Shown one piece after another: positions 1-10,594 of a DNA stretch of 64,000 bases (its first letter is position 1; every line of letters starts with the position of its first letter). The stretch comes from Epithemia pelagica (lineage: Eukaryota; Protista; Bacillariophyta). The stretch covers positions 5,828,001 to 5,892,000 of the forward strand of contig OX337229.1 of NCBI GenBank assembly GCA_946965045.2. The letters are read 5' to 3'. Position numbers and translations under genes: made by a program. The notes under the pieces were generated by a model. It saw only the letters and a list, made by a program, of their open reading frames with translations. It searched no databases and was not told the DNA's origin.

Positions 1-462
1 CAAGGGCGGCGTTTGCAAGTTACAGTGAGTCCTCGATTGCGTCTTCGTCCACAAGCGAAGGACGAAACAACAGCATCGCCAAAACCACAAGCACCGCATC
101 TGGACAACAAGAAACCAATCCTTCGACATCCACCGTTCCTACGTGGCTCGCTGTTGTTCCCTGTGCGACGCCCCAGCCCTCTGCTCGCTCACAGTCAAAC
201 AACGATCCTAATTACAGCCGACCCGAACCCACAACGTTTTTGGACAGCGCCGTTGCCACCAGCTCTATTTCCTCCGTTCCATCGTCGACTCCACGCTTCC
301 ATGCCATACCACCACCCACCCATGCAGGTCCGCTTGAAGCCTCGTCGACAACAAGCGACAACAGCCACGCTCCATCCCAGCAATCCAGGCTTTCCTCTTC
401 GTCTTTCAACCTCTGGTATCGTTGCCATTCCGTCGGTTTCGTCCAATTTGGCACGCAGTCGT

Positions 463-481
463 CCCCCCCCCCCCCCCCCCC
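463..481. repeat. Poly-C homopolymer (19 nt) followed by A7
   Basis: Directly visible; likely frameshift or assembly-error hotspot. Confidence 0.95.
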
Positions 482-487
482 AAAAAA

Positions 488-648
488 ATGAACCTTCTTC
501 CTGCCATCGAGGCATCGTCTACTACGGAGGCCTCGGGCAATGCACCTGTGCCCAACAACAACAGCAACGATGAAGACAGACCACCAAACAACAACAACAA
601 CCACGACAACCAAGACAGACCAAACAACAACAACAATGAAGACAGTCC

Positions 649-699
<51 letters not shown>

Positions 700-3600
700 A
701 GAGCCGAGCACTTGCACCAATTCCTTTACTGTCCCTACCGCTGTTGCCCCTCCTACTGCAAGCAGCAACACAACTGCTTCATCAACTATAGACCACCTTG
801 GTTCTGGTCTTAATTTGGCCGCACGGGCTGTCTCGTCTACCCGTCCACCTGAAGCTGTTGCTCCTCCTGCTCCTGTCGCTGGTCCACCTGAAGCTGTTGC
901 TCCTCCTGTCGCTGCTGGTCCTGCTCCCATCCTCCGCCTGCGGCGACCTGTACTTCAACAACCTCAAGCTATGCTGCAATATCCAAATTTGAAAATGCAG
1001 GTTAAAAAATTACGGAAGGGTCTTTCCTTCTCCAATTGCGGCGCCACCCTCCCCTCCATTGCCTCAACCCTGGAGCGTCGTCCACCAACAATCCTACAAT
1101 GATTCTCGTCACACAAAACCCCCAGTGATGACTCAAATCTCTCATTGGTGTCCAATTTCTGTGGACCTCTCATGAGAAAGGCCAAGAACTTTACCTTCGG
1201 TGCCACGAGATCTGTCGCCGGCAAATCCAAACAACGACGATACAACAAAAACAACAACAAACGCAAACAGCCTGGTTCGAGCGAGACTGTCTCATCTACG
1301 TCACAAGCCGAGGATGATGCGTCCTCTTCCCCGACTACATCGCTCCAAATTGTCACCTCTTTTGGATTGCGTACACTGTTGCTGGAAGACATGTGGTTTA
1401 TTGAAAATGGTACTTCCATTGCCTTATTTTTCAATATCGACATACTACCACCTCGCTATGGGAAGAAATGGACGAAAGTTTGGTGTGATACGTCACAATC
1501 AAACTACGTTCCGCTTGTCCTTTTCGAGGGTCGTTCCTACCGGCAAATAACAGGTTGGGTTCTGAAGAAACCCGACCTAAGAAGCGTAACCGGTGTTCAA
1601 GTGTACGATGACATCATACTGGCTATGAAAGAAAAAGAACAACGTGGGATCCACTTCAAGTTTCCTGTATTCTCCTCGGATGACTGTCAATTTCCACATC
1701 CACCGACTGCTTGTATCGGAGAAGCATTGACATGGTTTGAAGTTTTCAATTACCCACAAGGGGTATTTGTACAGGCGGATTATCATCCCGAGAGGAGTTG
1801 GAACCACATTTTCAAGCGCTTGAAAGTGGACAATGGCGATCGTCTTACGCTTCTGCATCGCCTAGTACAAGAAACGCCAGGAGATCGCTATGTGCTAGCC
1901 GAGTTAAAGCATATTTGGGAGCGTTTACAGGTCAAGCAGAACCAGGCTCAAGCAATTGAGGAGCACCACAACGTTTTGGCTGAGCTTCAAGAAGCTCTTG
2001 CGGAGAAAAACGCGCCGCCTTCTCCAATCATCGAACCAGCTAAAGTCGATAAGTTCTGCAATCTCATTGACGAACGCTTATGGCAAAGGATGGAAGATTG
2101 TTTCTGGCGCTTTAATAACATTTTCGAGCGATTTCTTTCCGAACGTGAAACACGACAACTTGCGGACGACTTTGAGGAGAAGCTGCCCGAACAATTCCAA
2201 ACTCTCATGATATTGAGCGGTTATACCAAGAAATTGGAACTTGCTGTACGGAAAGATCGCGCCTTTTTACGAAAGCGCTTCACACTGGACGTCTTGTTTC
2301 AGTTTATTATTCGTGCGAGGAAACATAACAACCACATGCAGGTGGCATTCGGAATGGTGTTTGCCCTCGCCCAGTATGCATGCGGGCACTCGTTGTTTGC
2401 TACCCAAATACCTGTTTGGGTGGGTCTATCTGTATCCAAACGCACGATGGAACGACGCGTTGAACATTGGCTTCGAACCTACCAGGCGAGGGTGAACCAG
2501 GCCCTTCGCAACGTAACGAGCCTATTGTGTGTATTTGACAATCTACAGACTGGACATCGCCTTCAATTCCAACAAGGCCAGAGTTCCACATTTACGCGAG
2601 TTACGACCCGGTTCGTTATGTCCATGTATATAGCTCGTTTCCCCCCTTGGGTCTACAGCTTTGTCGAGCGTCCACCGGTGACTTACATCCAACAAGCAAT
2701 CCCAGGGGCGTATCAAATGCCTGCCCTAGAAGACGAAAACCTCCAATCAAACTTGGTTGCGATTCTCAGGTCTATATCCCGACAAGAATTTCCTGTGGAC
2801 TCGGATCCTTCAGGAAAGCCTTTCGACTGTTCTGGAACCCGAGTGAGGACGTATCAGCAAATCCTTGGATGGTGCAGAGAGTTGCAAGGTATAAAGCGAT
2901 TCCTTTCGAGCAAGAGACGACCTGGATACAAGGTCGACTATACACTACAACCCGTGGAATTCTCCCTGAACCATGCCCGTCAGGCTATCACTAATGCTAT
3001 GAAAGATCTCCGCAAGAATCGAGAAAGTAATTAAACATTTCGTCCAATTCTACACGCGGAATAGAGCTGATGGAGACTATGAACTGTCTGATCGGTTAAA
3101 GGAGGAGGCTGACGTTGTGGACGAAGGTACCAATGTAGAAGAAGAGAAGCTGGTGGACCCCGGACAACGGCACAAAAACACAATCTGCCTGAGGAACCGG
3201 TTGAACCGTGTGTTGATCACAGAGGTGTTGCTTTTGGCAAAGTGTCATGAAGTTCGGAATGATACGAATACGGTTGTGGATAAGAATGTCTTCTGGAGGG
3301 CGCTGGACCATACCCAATTGGAGGTCCACAAGAAACACCCCCGGAATGGGGATGGTTCCGTAACAGACGACGCAACGCATGAGTTCATCATGGTTAAAGT
3401 AACGTCCATGATTCCTTCTAAATCAAAGACAGGAAAAGCCGGCGACAAAAGTGCCCATTCGGTAAATGAAAACGCGGAAGACTCAGACAATGCGGTATCG
3501 GATGCCGATGACGAGGAGTCTATGGTCGATTTGGAAGAAGCCATTAAGGCACAGGACGGTGAGGGATCAGTTGGGGATCGTTCCTACTTCAGTGATGACA

Positions 3601-4280
3601 ATGTGGCTGTGATTGATGTCGAGCATGAAGACTTTGTGGAGGGGAACAATACTCCTGTCGTCACCATTGAAGACGACAACAACCCATTGGACGATGACGA
3701 AGACCAAGACATTGAAGAAGAGGAGAATGAGGTGCAGGAATCACCGATACAGGAGTTGGAGGAAACGCAGGTGGAAGACTTCCTACTGGACGAGGCAAAT
3801 GACGACGAAGGTGAGGACGACGATGAAGAACGTGATGTCGACGACGAGGATGCTGAAGACAATGCTGGTGAGGAAAAGGAAGTACAAGAGGATGCCAACG
3901 ACAGCGGTGCTGACAATAAGGCAAAGAAGAAAGAAGGAACAACAATAGAGGAAGGAAAACTGCGAGAGAAGAAAAACGTCAAGGGCATGAAAGTGGTTGA
4001 ATTGAATGTGTTAGCCACAAAGGATGTTGTATCTGTGGCGCTGGAAAAAATGGGCGAAAAGAATGTTATTGCAGGGAAGCAGTGGGACGCTGCAAGGAAA
4101 GAACGAGAACATCATTTCCTCCGCTACAAATTATTTTGTAGATTGGAGGAAATGGAACAAGAAGGTGCAGGGCTGGGGTTGACGATTAGAAGAGAGGAAG
4201 GAGCGGCGATTGCCAGCCGACTGGATCGGTCACGAAATGTCTTGAAGCGATACAAAGCGTCGAAGACGATGAAAAATTGA
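488..4280 (+). pseudogene. Interrupted large ORF (~1260 codons), Academ/DUF6589-like transposase-related protein with Asn/Pro-rich N-terminus and acidic C-terminus
   Basis: ORFs 422..1102 (first ATG 488) and 1145..3034 share a frame and are separated only by TGA at 1100-1102. The frame of ORF 3117..4280 is open from 3003 and overlaps the end of the previous ORF, so a 1-nt frameshift near 3018 would fuse them (KDLRK-IEKVIKHFVQFY). The segment FIIRARKHNNHMQVAFGMVFALAQYACG...VGLSVSKRTMERRV...LLCVFDNLQ resembles the helical region and DN motif of DUF6589/Academ transposases as I recall them. The downstream catalytic motifs were not recognised. The gene may begin further upstream (ORF 240..491, across the poly-C run). 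Confidence 0.45.
650..697 (+). repeat. (AAC)16 microsatellite encoding poly-Asn
   Basis: Directly visible. Confidence 0.95.
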
Positions 4281-4314
4281 GTACTGAGATCATGCATGTT
4301 TATATTTGTAGTAA

Positions 4315-6525
4315 CTACTTATTATCCGTCTTACATTTGAATCCATTCCACACTGCATCATCATTCATGAGTGGGTTGCCGTTGCGATCATAGCCCAATT
4401 TAACACGAAGGGTGAAACCATCCACCTCTGGTTCTAGGATTCCTGCCGCAAAACATTTTAGCAAGAGAGCTTTGGCTCGCGGTTTTGCCGTTTTCTGTGA
4501 CTTGACACCAAATACGCGTTTATGGAATGGGATATCGAATGGGGCAAGTGGTTTTTCGTCTGCACCAATGACCGTGAAATCCATCATTTCATTGAGGAAA
4601 CAGTCTCGATGAAGGGCGAGCTTTGAAGGAACTAATTTGTGTGTGATGAACATGGCAATGAGATAGCTTTTGAAGTTCGCTTTGTTAATGGCACAATCCA
4701 TGGGAGTAGACAAGCCAGATATTGAACAACGCCAACAGGCATTACCACACAACTGGGGGAGATCGGAGATTTTTGATGAGTCGGGGTGAAGCATTAGTTC
4801 CTCGAGTTGATGGTGAATGCACCTTCCAGTGTTCAAGCATACGAGGGACAGGACAGGCAGCACATTCTGCCACTGGCGGGCAGCCAATTCCGTTGTATTC
4901 AACGTAGTGGAAGGCATTGGTTGTTGAGTAGATGTCATTGTAGAAGGATCCGGACTGTCAGGCTTGTTATCCTTCGCTCGAGCTGCTTCATATTTAGGGA
5001 TTATGAAGATTCGTGTCATCAAGGCAATAAGACTATAGAGGGATACCACCATGTAGAATGACGAGTTACTGGGGCTTGCTGTGGGACCACGGCCACAACG
5101 GCCTGAGCATTGTAGAAGGTCTTCTATACTGGAAGGGAAACCGTGGAAGATGACTTTGTCAACTTCAGCACAGTCGAGGCCGGAACTACTTGTAGCAGCG
5201 GTCGCAAAGTAGGCGACAGGGTCAAAGCAAAGAATGAGGCGGGTGGTAGGACACTCGTCCAATAAGGGCTGGCCGATAAACATGTCTGTGTGGTGGAACT
5301 TTTGTTCCCTAAACATGTTACCGTGGACCAGTAGGACGTCTTTCTGGATGCCCAAAACGTTTAATGCCGTCCAACTCTGGTGGTAGAAATTGTTGATTGC
5401 TTTTCGAGAATTCGAATAGACAATCAGTTTCCGTCCACCAGAGGCACGGCATAGCTTGGTCAGGTCGGCTTTGATGCGTCGGATTGGTGAATCCTTGAAG
5501 GACAAGCCGAGGAATATGTTGCGTCTGTGTACGCCGGAATGGCATCGTGGCCACAGCATGTCATCCTGTGGGTTAAATGTGAGTCCAGTCAATCGCTCCA
5601 AATCATTTACCATCCGTAAAGAGGCAGTAGCAGTCATGAACAGGATTGGGATTGGTTCTGTGCTTTGCTTCTCTGCAATTTGGAAAAGGCAACTATGGAG
5701 ATGGGAGAACTCCTCTCTGAATTCCATGCCATGGGCCGCATACAGATGGCACTCGTCTACGGCAAGGAAGCGTAGGGTGCCATTGCGACACAAAGTGGCG
5801 ATAGTTTGTTGCCATGCACGGTCCGTGGTGAGTTTTTGGGGCGATGTAAACAGAGATACAGTCGTTGTACATGATTCATCGTTGGGTAATTGCTCAAGGT
5901 AGTGGCGTAGTTGTTCGTTGAGAGAAGCGGACCGAATGATATCAAGGTTCAAAACATGGAACCGGTTGAAAAGTTGATTGTCGAGGGATAGTTGTTCGAG
6001 CTTTGAAGTCTGGTCGGCGGCCAAGCTTAACAGAGGTACTGTGATAGTGATACCACCGCATAGGAAACCAGAAACGTCTCGGACAGCCGATTTACCGCCA
6101 CCAGTGGAGCGGACAAGAAGAAGAGGACGTAGTTTGGAGGTGGGAGAGGGTTCGAGGTGGCGTTGAATGACTTCTTTACATGCATCCACCTGCCATGGAC
6201 GCACAGTCTTTCTATGCCAGTCCTTGAAAGCATATGTGATAGCATCTTCAAGAGACGGGTCGTCATCGGGAACATCACTTGGGTCGGTAGACATGGGCGC
6301 AAAGGGTGGGAGGGATGTACAAGGTTGTTGATGAAGGTAATGGGGTAGGTCGTCTCCTTTGTTGGTGGAGGTGGAAATCTGGCTGTGTGTTGGATGCTTG
6401 ATTGACGTTACAGGGACGTGCCAAGGCAATAGCGACGTCCACACAGCTTCTGAGAAGTATGGAGAGAGGTTCGGATGGGTGGATAACGTTTGAGATACGT
6501 TGATATGGGAGCCAATCGACCTCAC
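4315..6525 (-). CDS. RecQ-like superfamily 2 DExH helicase (first ATG at 6294)
   Basis: Q-motif VRPWQ, Walker A RSTGGGKS, motif II LAVDECH, motif III MTATAS, motif V-like ATAATSSSGLD, motif VI QCSGRCGRG, followed by a Cys/His cluster (CLNTGRCIH...CGNACWRC) like the RecQ Zn-binding domain; no HRDC domain recognised. Confidence 0.85.
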   Translation of the reverse strand: MRSIGSHINVSQTLSTHPNLSPYFSEAVWTSLLPWHVPVTSIKHPTHSQISTSTNKGDDLPHYLHQQPCTSLPPFAPMSTDPSDVPDDDPSLEDAITYAFKDWHRKTVRPWQVDACKEVIQRHLEPSPTSKLRPLLLVRSTGGGKSAVRDVSGFLCGGITITVPLLSLAADQTSKLEQLSLDNQLFNRFHVLNLDIIRSASLNEQLRHYLEQLPNDESCTTTVSLFTSPQKLTTDRAWQQTIATLCRNGTLRFLAVDECHLYAAHGMEFREEFSHLHSCLFQIAEKQSTEPIPILFMTATASLRMVNDLERLTGLTFNPQDDMLWPRCHSGVHRRNIFLGLSFKDSPIRRIKADLTKLCRASGGRKLIVYSNSRKAINNFYHQSWTALNVLGIQKDVLLVHGNMFREQKFHHTDMFIGQPLLDECPTTRLILCFDPVAYFATAATSSSGLDCAEVDKVIFHGFPSSIEDLLQCSGRCGRGPTASPSNSSFYMVVSLYSLIALMTRIFIIPKYEAARAKDNKPDSPDPSTMTSTQQPMPSTTLNTTELAARQWQNVLPVLSLVCLNTGRCIHHQLEELMLHPDSSKISDLPQLCGNACWRCSISGLSTPMDCAINKANFKSYLIAMFITHKLVPSKLALHRDCFLNEMMDFTVIGADEKPLAPFDIPFHKRVFGVKSQKTAKPRAKALLLKCFAAGILEPEVDGFTLRVKLGYDRNGNPLMNDDAVWNGFKCKTDNK

Positions 6526-6831
6526 AAGTTTGGCACCGTGGTGGATGCGTTGAGGTGCATCTGGATTTGTATCAGCCTCGGGAAAATCGCTAAATTGGGT
6601 CGTCGCGCCTTGGGGGTGAGAAAGAAAAGCGTCTTGGTGGACGGTGGACAGACGGTCTGTATCTCACCCGTGCTTGGGGGTAGACAAAACACGGCCTCCG
6701 ACTCCGACAACCGACTAGGAGTAGGTAATGAAACCACGTATGAAATACTTAGCGCACGGAGTAGATCATCATGATAATTAGAAAGAACACTCGCGGAATG
6801 AACCAGCTTAGGTTTATTCTCCTTTCCACAA

Positions 6832-7791
6832 ATGATCTCAACAAACAAAGATCGCGAGACCATGAAAGAAATATTTGCCGAATTGAGGGAAGTCCGTCCA
6901 GGACGCAAACTCTTTGTTCGCGAATGGACCCTTGGCATACAGGCGAACGATGAGAACAACGATGCAGTGCCGAAGGATCTCCAACTCGTGTGTATTCATG
7001 GCAGTTGCGCCACCGAAGCTCAATTTCATTCACTACTTCGTTCGTTGGATTATCTTCTTCTCTATGGACCAACAAAGTTGCGAATAAAATGTATCTTATT
7101 CGATATGGTGGGATGTGGCCAGTCACCCATGATTGAAGACTGGGATGCCTACAGTGGACAGGAGCTGCAGAGAGATCTTGGATCTATACTGGAAACATTC
7201 TCTGACGCTTCCCTACCTATTCACTTCGTTTCACATTCATATGGACCCAATATTCTTGTCCACTGGCTGAACTCAGATCACAACAAGATTGTTATGGATA
7301 AGGTGAAGGGATTCATCTTCTTGGGAGCCGCCGTACGTGTCAACTCTTCGCATCCTGTGCCCGATGGGGGTCATCCTGTCTTTCGATTGCCAGTATGGAT
7401 GCTGGAGATGTTACAAAGTACATTGACAAAAGAATTTTTGTCAAGAGCTATTGATCCCAGCAACCCAAAACTTCATGATCAATGTTTAAAGTCCAATGAC
7501 AGCAATGCGATGTTCATGGTCAAAGCCTTTTACAGACAAACAAAATGGGCAACGTCCGACGAGCTCATTCAAGCGATCAACAACAAGCCTGTGATTCATT
7601 TCCACGGTGTCAATGATGGGATTTTACAGATTGAATGGGGACAACATTTGGTGAACCAGTTAGCCCCAACCACAACTGAATTTGTTCCGATGGAGAAGGC
7701 AAGCCATTTGATCATGATGGAGAAGCCTGCGGAAATTGCTAGAAAAGTATGTGACTTTCTTGTATCCAACCATGCTCTAGGGCCAAAGTGA
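6832..7791 (+). CDS. Alpha/beta-hydrolase fold protein (Abhydrolase_1/6-like)
   Basis: CIHGS oxyanion region, FDMVGCGQS, nucleophile elbow SHSYG, acid region HGVNDGIL, catalytic His in ASHLIMME. Confidence 0.85.
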   Translation: MISTNKDRETMKEIFAELREVRPGRKLFVREWTLGIQANDENNDAVPKDLQLVCIHGSCATEAQFHSLLRSLDYLLLYGPTKLRIKCILFDMVGCGQSPMIEDWDAYSGQELQRDLGSILETFSDASLPIHFVSHSYGPNILVHWLNSDHNKIVMDKVKGFIFLGAAVRVNSSHPVPDGGHPVFRLPVWMLEMLQSTLTKEFLSRAIDPSNPKLHDQCLKSNDSNAMFMVKAFYRQTKWATSDELIQAINNKPVIHFHGVNDGILQIEWGQHLVNQLAPTTTEFVPMEKASHLIMMEKPAEIARKVCDFLVSNHALGPK

Positions 7792-8075
7792 TGAGGCCTT
7801 TAGGATCAGACGCCAAGAACGATACGTCAGAGGAGGTGTTTCAGATGCAATGGCCGGTGCAGCGAAAGTCGGGAGGATCAGTGTTTGGTCTGAGAACCCG
7901 TTGGATACATTATGTTGGTACTGTCGAGATTCTTCTTCTATAGAGTGCTGGATTCAGGATCATTTTGCTTCTTCTTCATCGATTTCATGTTGATTCGGAT
8001 AGGAGGAGACTGGCTGGATTTATTGTATGAGTAACTAAAGTTTGGACTAAGACTAATCCTAAATCCTACGCTAAG

Positions 8076-8522
8076 CAGGGTATTGAAGTTATGAAATCCA
8101 GTTGTGACTTTGACTTCTAACTTTAAGTCAGATTTTTTTTTCATACGAACTTAACTTCCATTCCAAAGTCATCATAACAGTACCCTTGATTTCAATGTCT
8201 AACTAATAATCATACAAATCATTACCCCAGCTTAACTTCTGACTTTAAGCCATTGACAATTTCACAACGACTTAACTTTGACTTTTCTTGTCACGCGCGC
8301 CCCACTCATGACTTAACTTCATCTGACTTAGTCATACATTCTCATCTCATGACTTGACTATTCAACAAAAGTCAAGTCAAGCACCTCATTGACTTGACTT
8401 CGTCCACGATGCAAAGTCAAGGTACCCCCATGACTTAACTTTTCTCCTGACTTTTTCTACCTTCGTTTGACTTAAGTCAATCCAAAAGTCAGACTTTTTG
8501 TATGACTTAAGTTATGACTTTG
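8076..8522. repeat. Left TIR and subterminal TGACTT/AAGTCA repeat array of the hAT element
   Basis: Many copies of (T)GACTT and AAGTCA in both orientations, e.g. tgactttgactt, aagtcaagtcaa, gacttgactt. Confidence 0.85.
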
Positions 8523-8723
8523 TCTACATGATACATGATACATACCGCAGAAGTTGGCAGTATCACCGTCATGCACGTCATACTCGAGTAGTACTTGCCA
8601 CGAATCCCGCCATGTTAGTCGCGAGTCATAGGTCACCCCCACCTCCACGTTGGACAACGTGCCTGCACCAGTTCTACATCCTAGAACATCACACCAAGGA
8701 AATGGCAATCAAACAGATGCACA

Positions 8724-10345
8724 ATGAACAACTCTCTTCAACGAACAAAAAGAAATCCATTGATTCCCTATGGCCCTCACCCTCTTTTTACTTTGGGTGA
8801 AGGGAACTACTTTGATACATGTCCAAGTCATGAATCGGCGAAGAAGAAGAAGCAACGAAAAATGAAAAAAGCAATTTTTGAATGGATGGAATCACTTACT
8901 GTTCCAAGTCATATAGAAAGATATCCACGAAGCAGAAATGCAGATGGACAGGCAACCAAGATCACGCCGTTTGTTGAAGATGTTTGCGACATCCAAGTGA
9001 AATATCTCTGTTACAGAGTACGACGCGACGATGTATGGGGGCAGCTGAACAGCAGGGGTTTTGCATATATGCAGCATGCCCTCGACCACCAAATTCAAGA
9101 CACACTCTACTACGATGCCATGCACTGCGCGGAAGGCAGGCATTGGAATCGATTTGCCCACACCAAGGGAGCACAGTTCGTCGTGCTCCCCTTGTGCCCC
9201 GTCTCTGAACTCGGAGCAGCCTGCGACTCTCAACTGGAATGGATTTCACTGATTATTGGGAAGTGGATTGAGAAATCATTTCCCCATCACAAGTGGGCCT
9301 CACCATACCTATTCAGCTGTAAGCAGATTGATACTCTCATTATCATGTCCTTATTCCATTGGCTGCTGTCGTTGTCTCTCACCTTTTTTGTTCTTGGGCT
9401 CACGTTTTGTCCCCACTTTTCTTGCTTTTTATTTCGTGCAATGTGTCCCTACTTATCTTGCTGTTCTCTGCTTCATACACTTGGCTCACGTTTTGTCCCC
9501 ACTTTTCTTGCTTTTTATTTCGTGCAATGTGTCCCCACTTATCTTGCTGTTCTCTGCTTCGTACACTCGGCTCACGTTTTGTCCCCACTTTTCTTGCTTT
9601 TTATTTCGTGCAATGTGTCCCCACTTATCTTGCTGTTCTCTGCTTCATACACTCGGCTCACGTTTTGTGCTTTTTATTTCGTGCAATGTGTCCCCACTTA
9701 TCTTGCTGTTCTCTGCTTCATACACTCGGCTCACGTTTTGTCCCCACTTTTCTTGCTTTTTATTTCGTGCAATGTGTCCCCACTTATCTTGCTGTTCTCT
9801 GCTTCATACACTCGGCTCACGTTTTGTCCCCACTTTTCTTGCTTTTTACTTCATGCAATGTGTCCCCACTTTTCTTGCTGCTTCCTTCTTCACAATTCAC
9901 ACACTCGACTCACATGTTGTCCCTACTTTTCTTGCTATCCTCTCATGCACTTCGTCCCCAATAAACGTTCTCTTTTTGTCATTCAGGGCATTCAGATCCT
10001 CCCAAAGACAGGGAAGCTGGATACCACCTTGACCTGCCTCATGAAGGAGACGTTGAAGATGCATTAGAACTGGCAGGCAACAAATCATTTCCATCCTACC
10101 TCTACCTGATCATCATCCAATTTGGTCTATGCAAAGACTCTGGTGGTGGTGGAATGGAGTTTAGCAGCTGCCACCGGGGTAACGGAAAGGTGAAGCGTCG
10201 TGCAACTTTTTGTTCACTGGACTACGGCAACATTATCATCTTCAGAGCGGACGTTTATCACAAGTCCGTTTATCCCACTACATGGAACTCTGTTCTACGT
10301 ATGAGCATTGGCATCGGGTATACACGACAACAAGCATACTGCTAA
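8724..10345 (+). CDS. Transposon passenger gene: putative 2OG-Fe(II) dioxygenase, join(8724..9318,9987..10345), ~317 aa (alternative start 8862)
   Basis: Donor agct|GTAAGC at 9319 and acceptor tctttttgtcattCAG| at 9986 splice in frame (T+GG=Trp). Exon 2 reads WHSDPPKDREAGYHLDLP...SYLYLIIIQFG...SGGGGMEFS...YGNIIIFRADVYHKSVYP...VLRMSIGIGY*, giving HxD (10025-10033), the GG-x-F strand, a distal His (10259-10261) and RxS (from 10298), in the order expected for the double-stranded beta-helix fold. Confidence 0.7.
9399..9960. repeat. 86-bp intronic minisatellite, ~6.5 copies
   Basis: Units start with CTCACGTTTTGT at 9399, 9485, 9571, 9657, 9730 and 9816 (spacings 86,86,86,73,86), with a degenerate copy near 9909. 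Confidence 0.92.
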
Positions 10346-10594
10346 CCACAAACCATCTCTCACAATAACTAAACATTTACCTAAAATCCAAGAATATCGT
10401 CTCCTTCTTCGTTGTTTGCACCATCCATATCGTCTACAGCTTGATCGATCTCCTCTTCATCTTCGCTACTGGTACCAAAACCCAAGCCAAGTGCCAACTG
10501 CTCTCTTTTGCCTTTTCTAAAGAGAAATATCCGGCTTTCCCTGGCCAAAAAATCCCAGCTTCTTTTAGAACGCTCATCTGCAAAGGCAATTGCT

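Larger units (their letters stand above)
488..6525. mobile_element. Candidate AcademH-like DNA transposon remnant (transposase-like ORF plus convergent RecQ-like helicase); termini not found
   Basis: The two ORFs converge with a 34-bp gap (4280/4315). Transposase plus RecQ-like helicase is the gene content of AcademH elements. No TIR or TSD is visible in the window. Confidence 0.4.

Noticed and set aside
1-7800. TIRs/TSD for the Academ-like element
   Set aside because: No inverted repeat found by eye between 1-460 and 6300-8060; the left end may lie outside the window
9399-9960. Possible CRISPR array
   Set aside because: Units are contiguous and near-identical with no unique spacers, there are no cas genes, and the context is eukaryotic
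9256-10067. Long hydrophobic ORFs 8724..10067 (3' part), 9256..10032 and 9359..9964
   Set aside because: They run through the 86-bp minisatellite in all three frames; the spliced model gives a coherent enzyme instead
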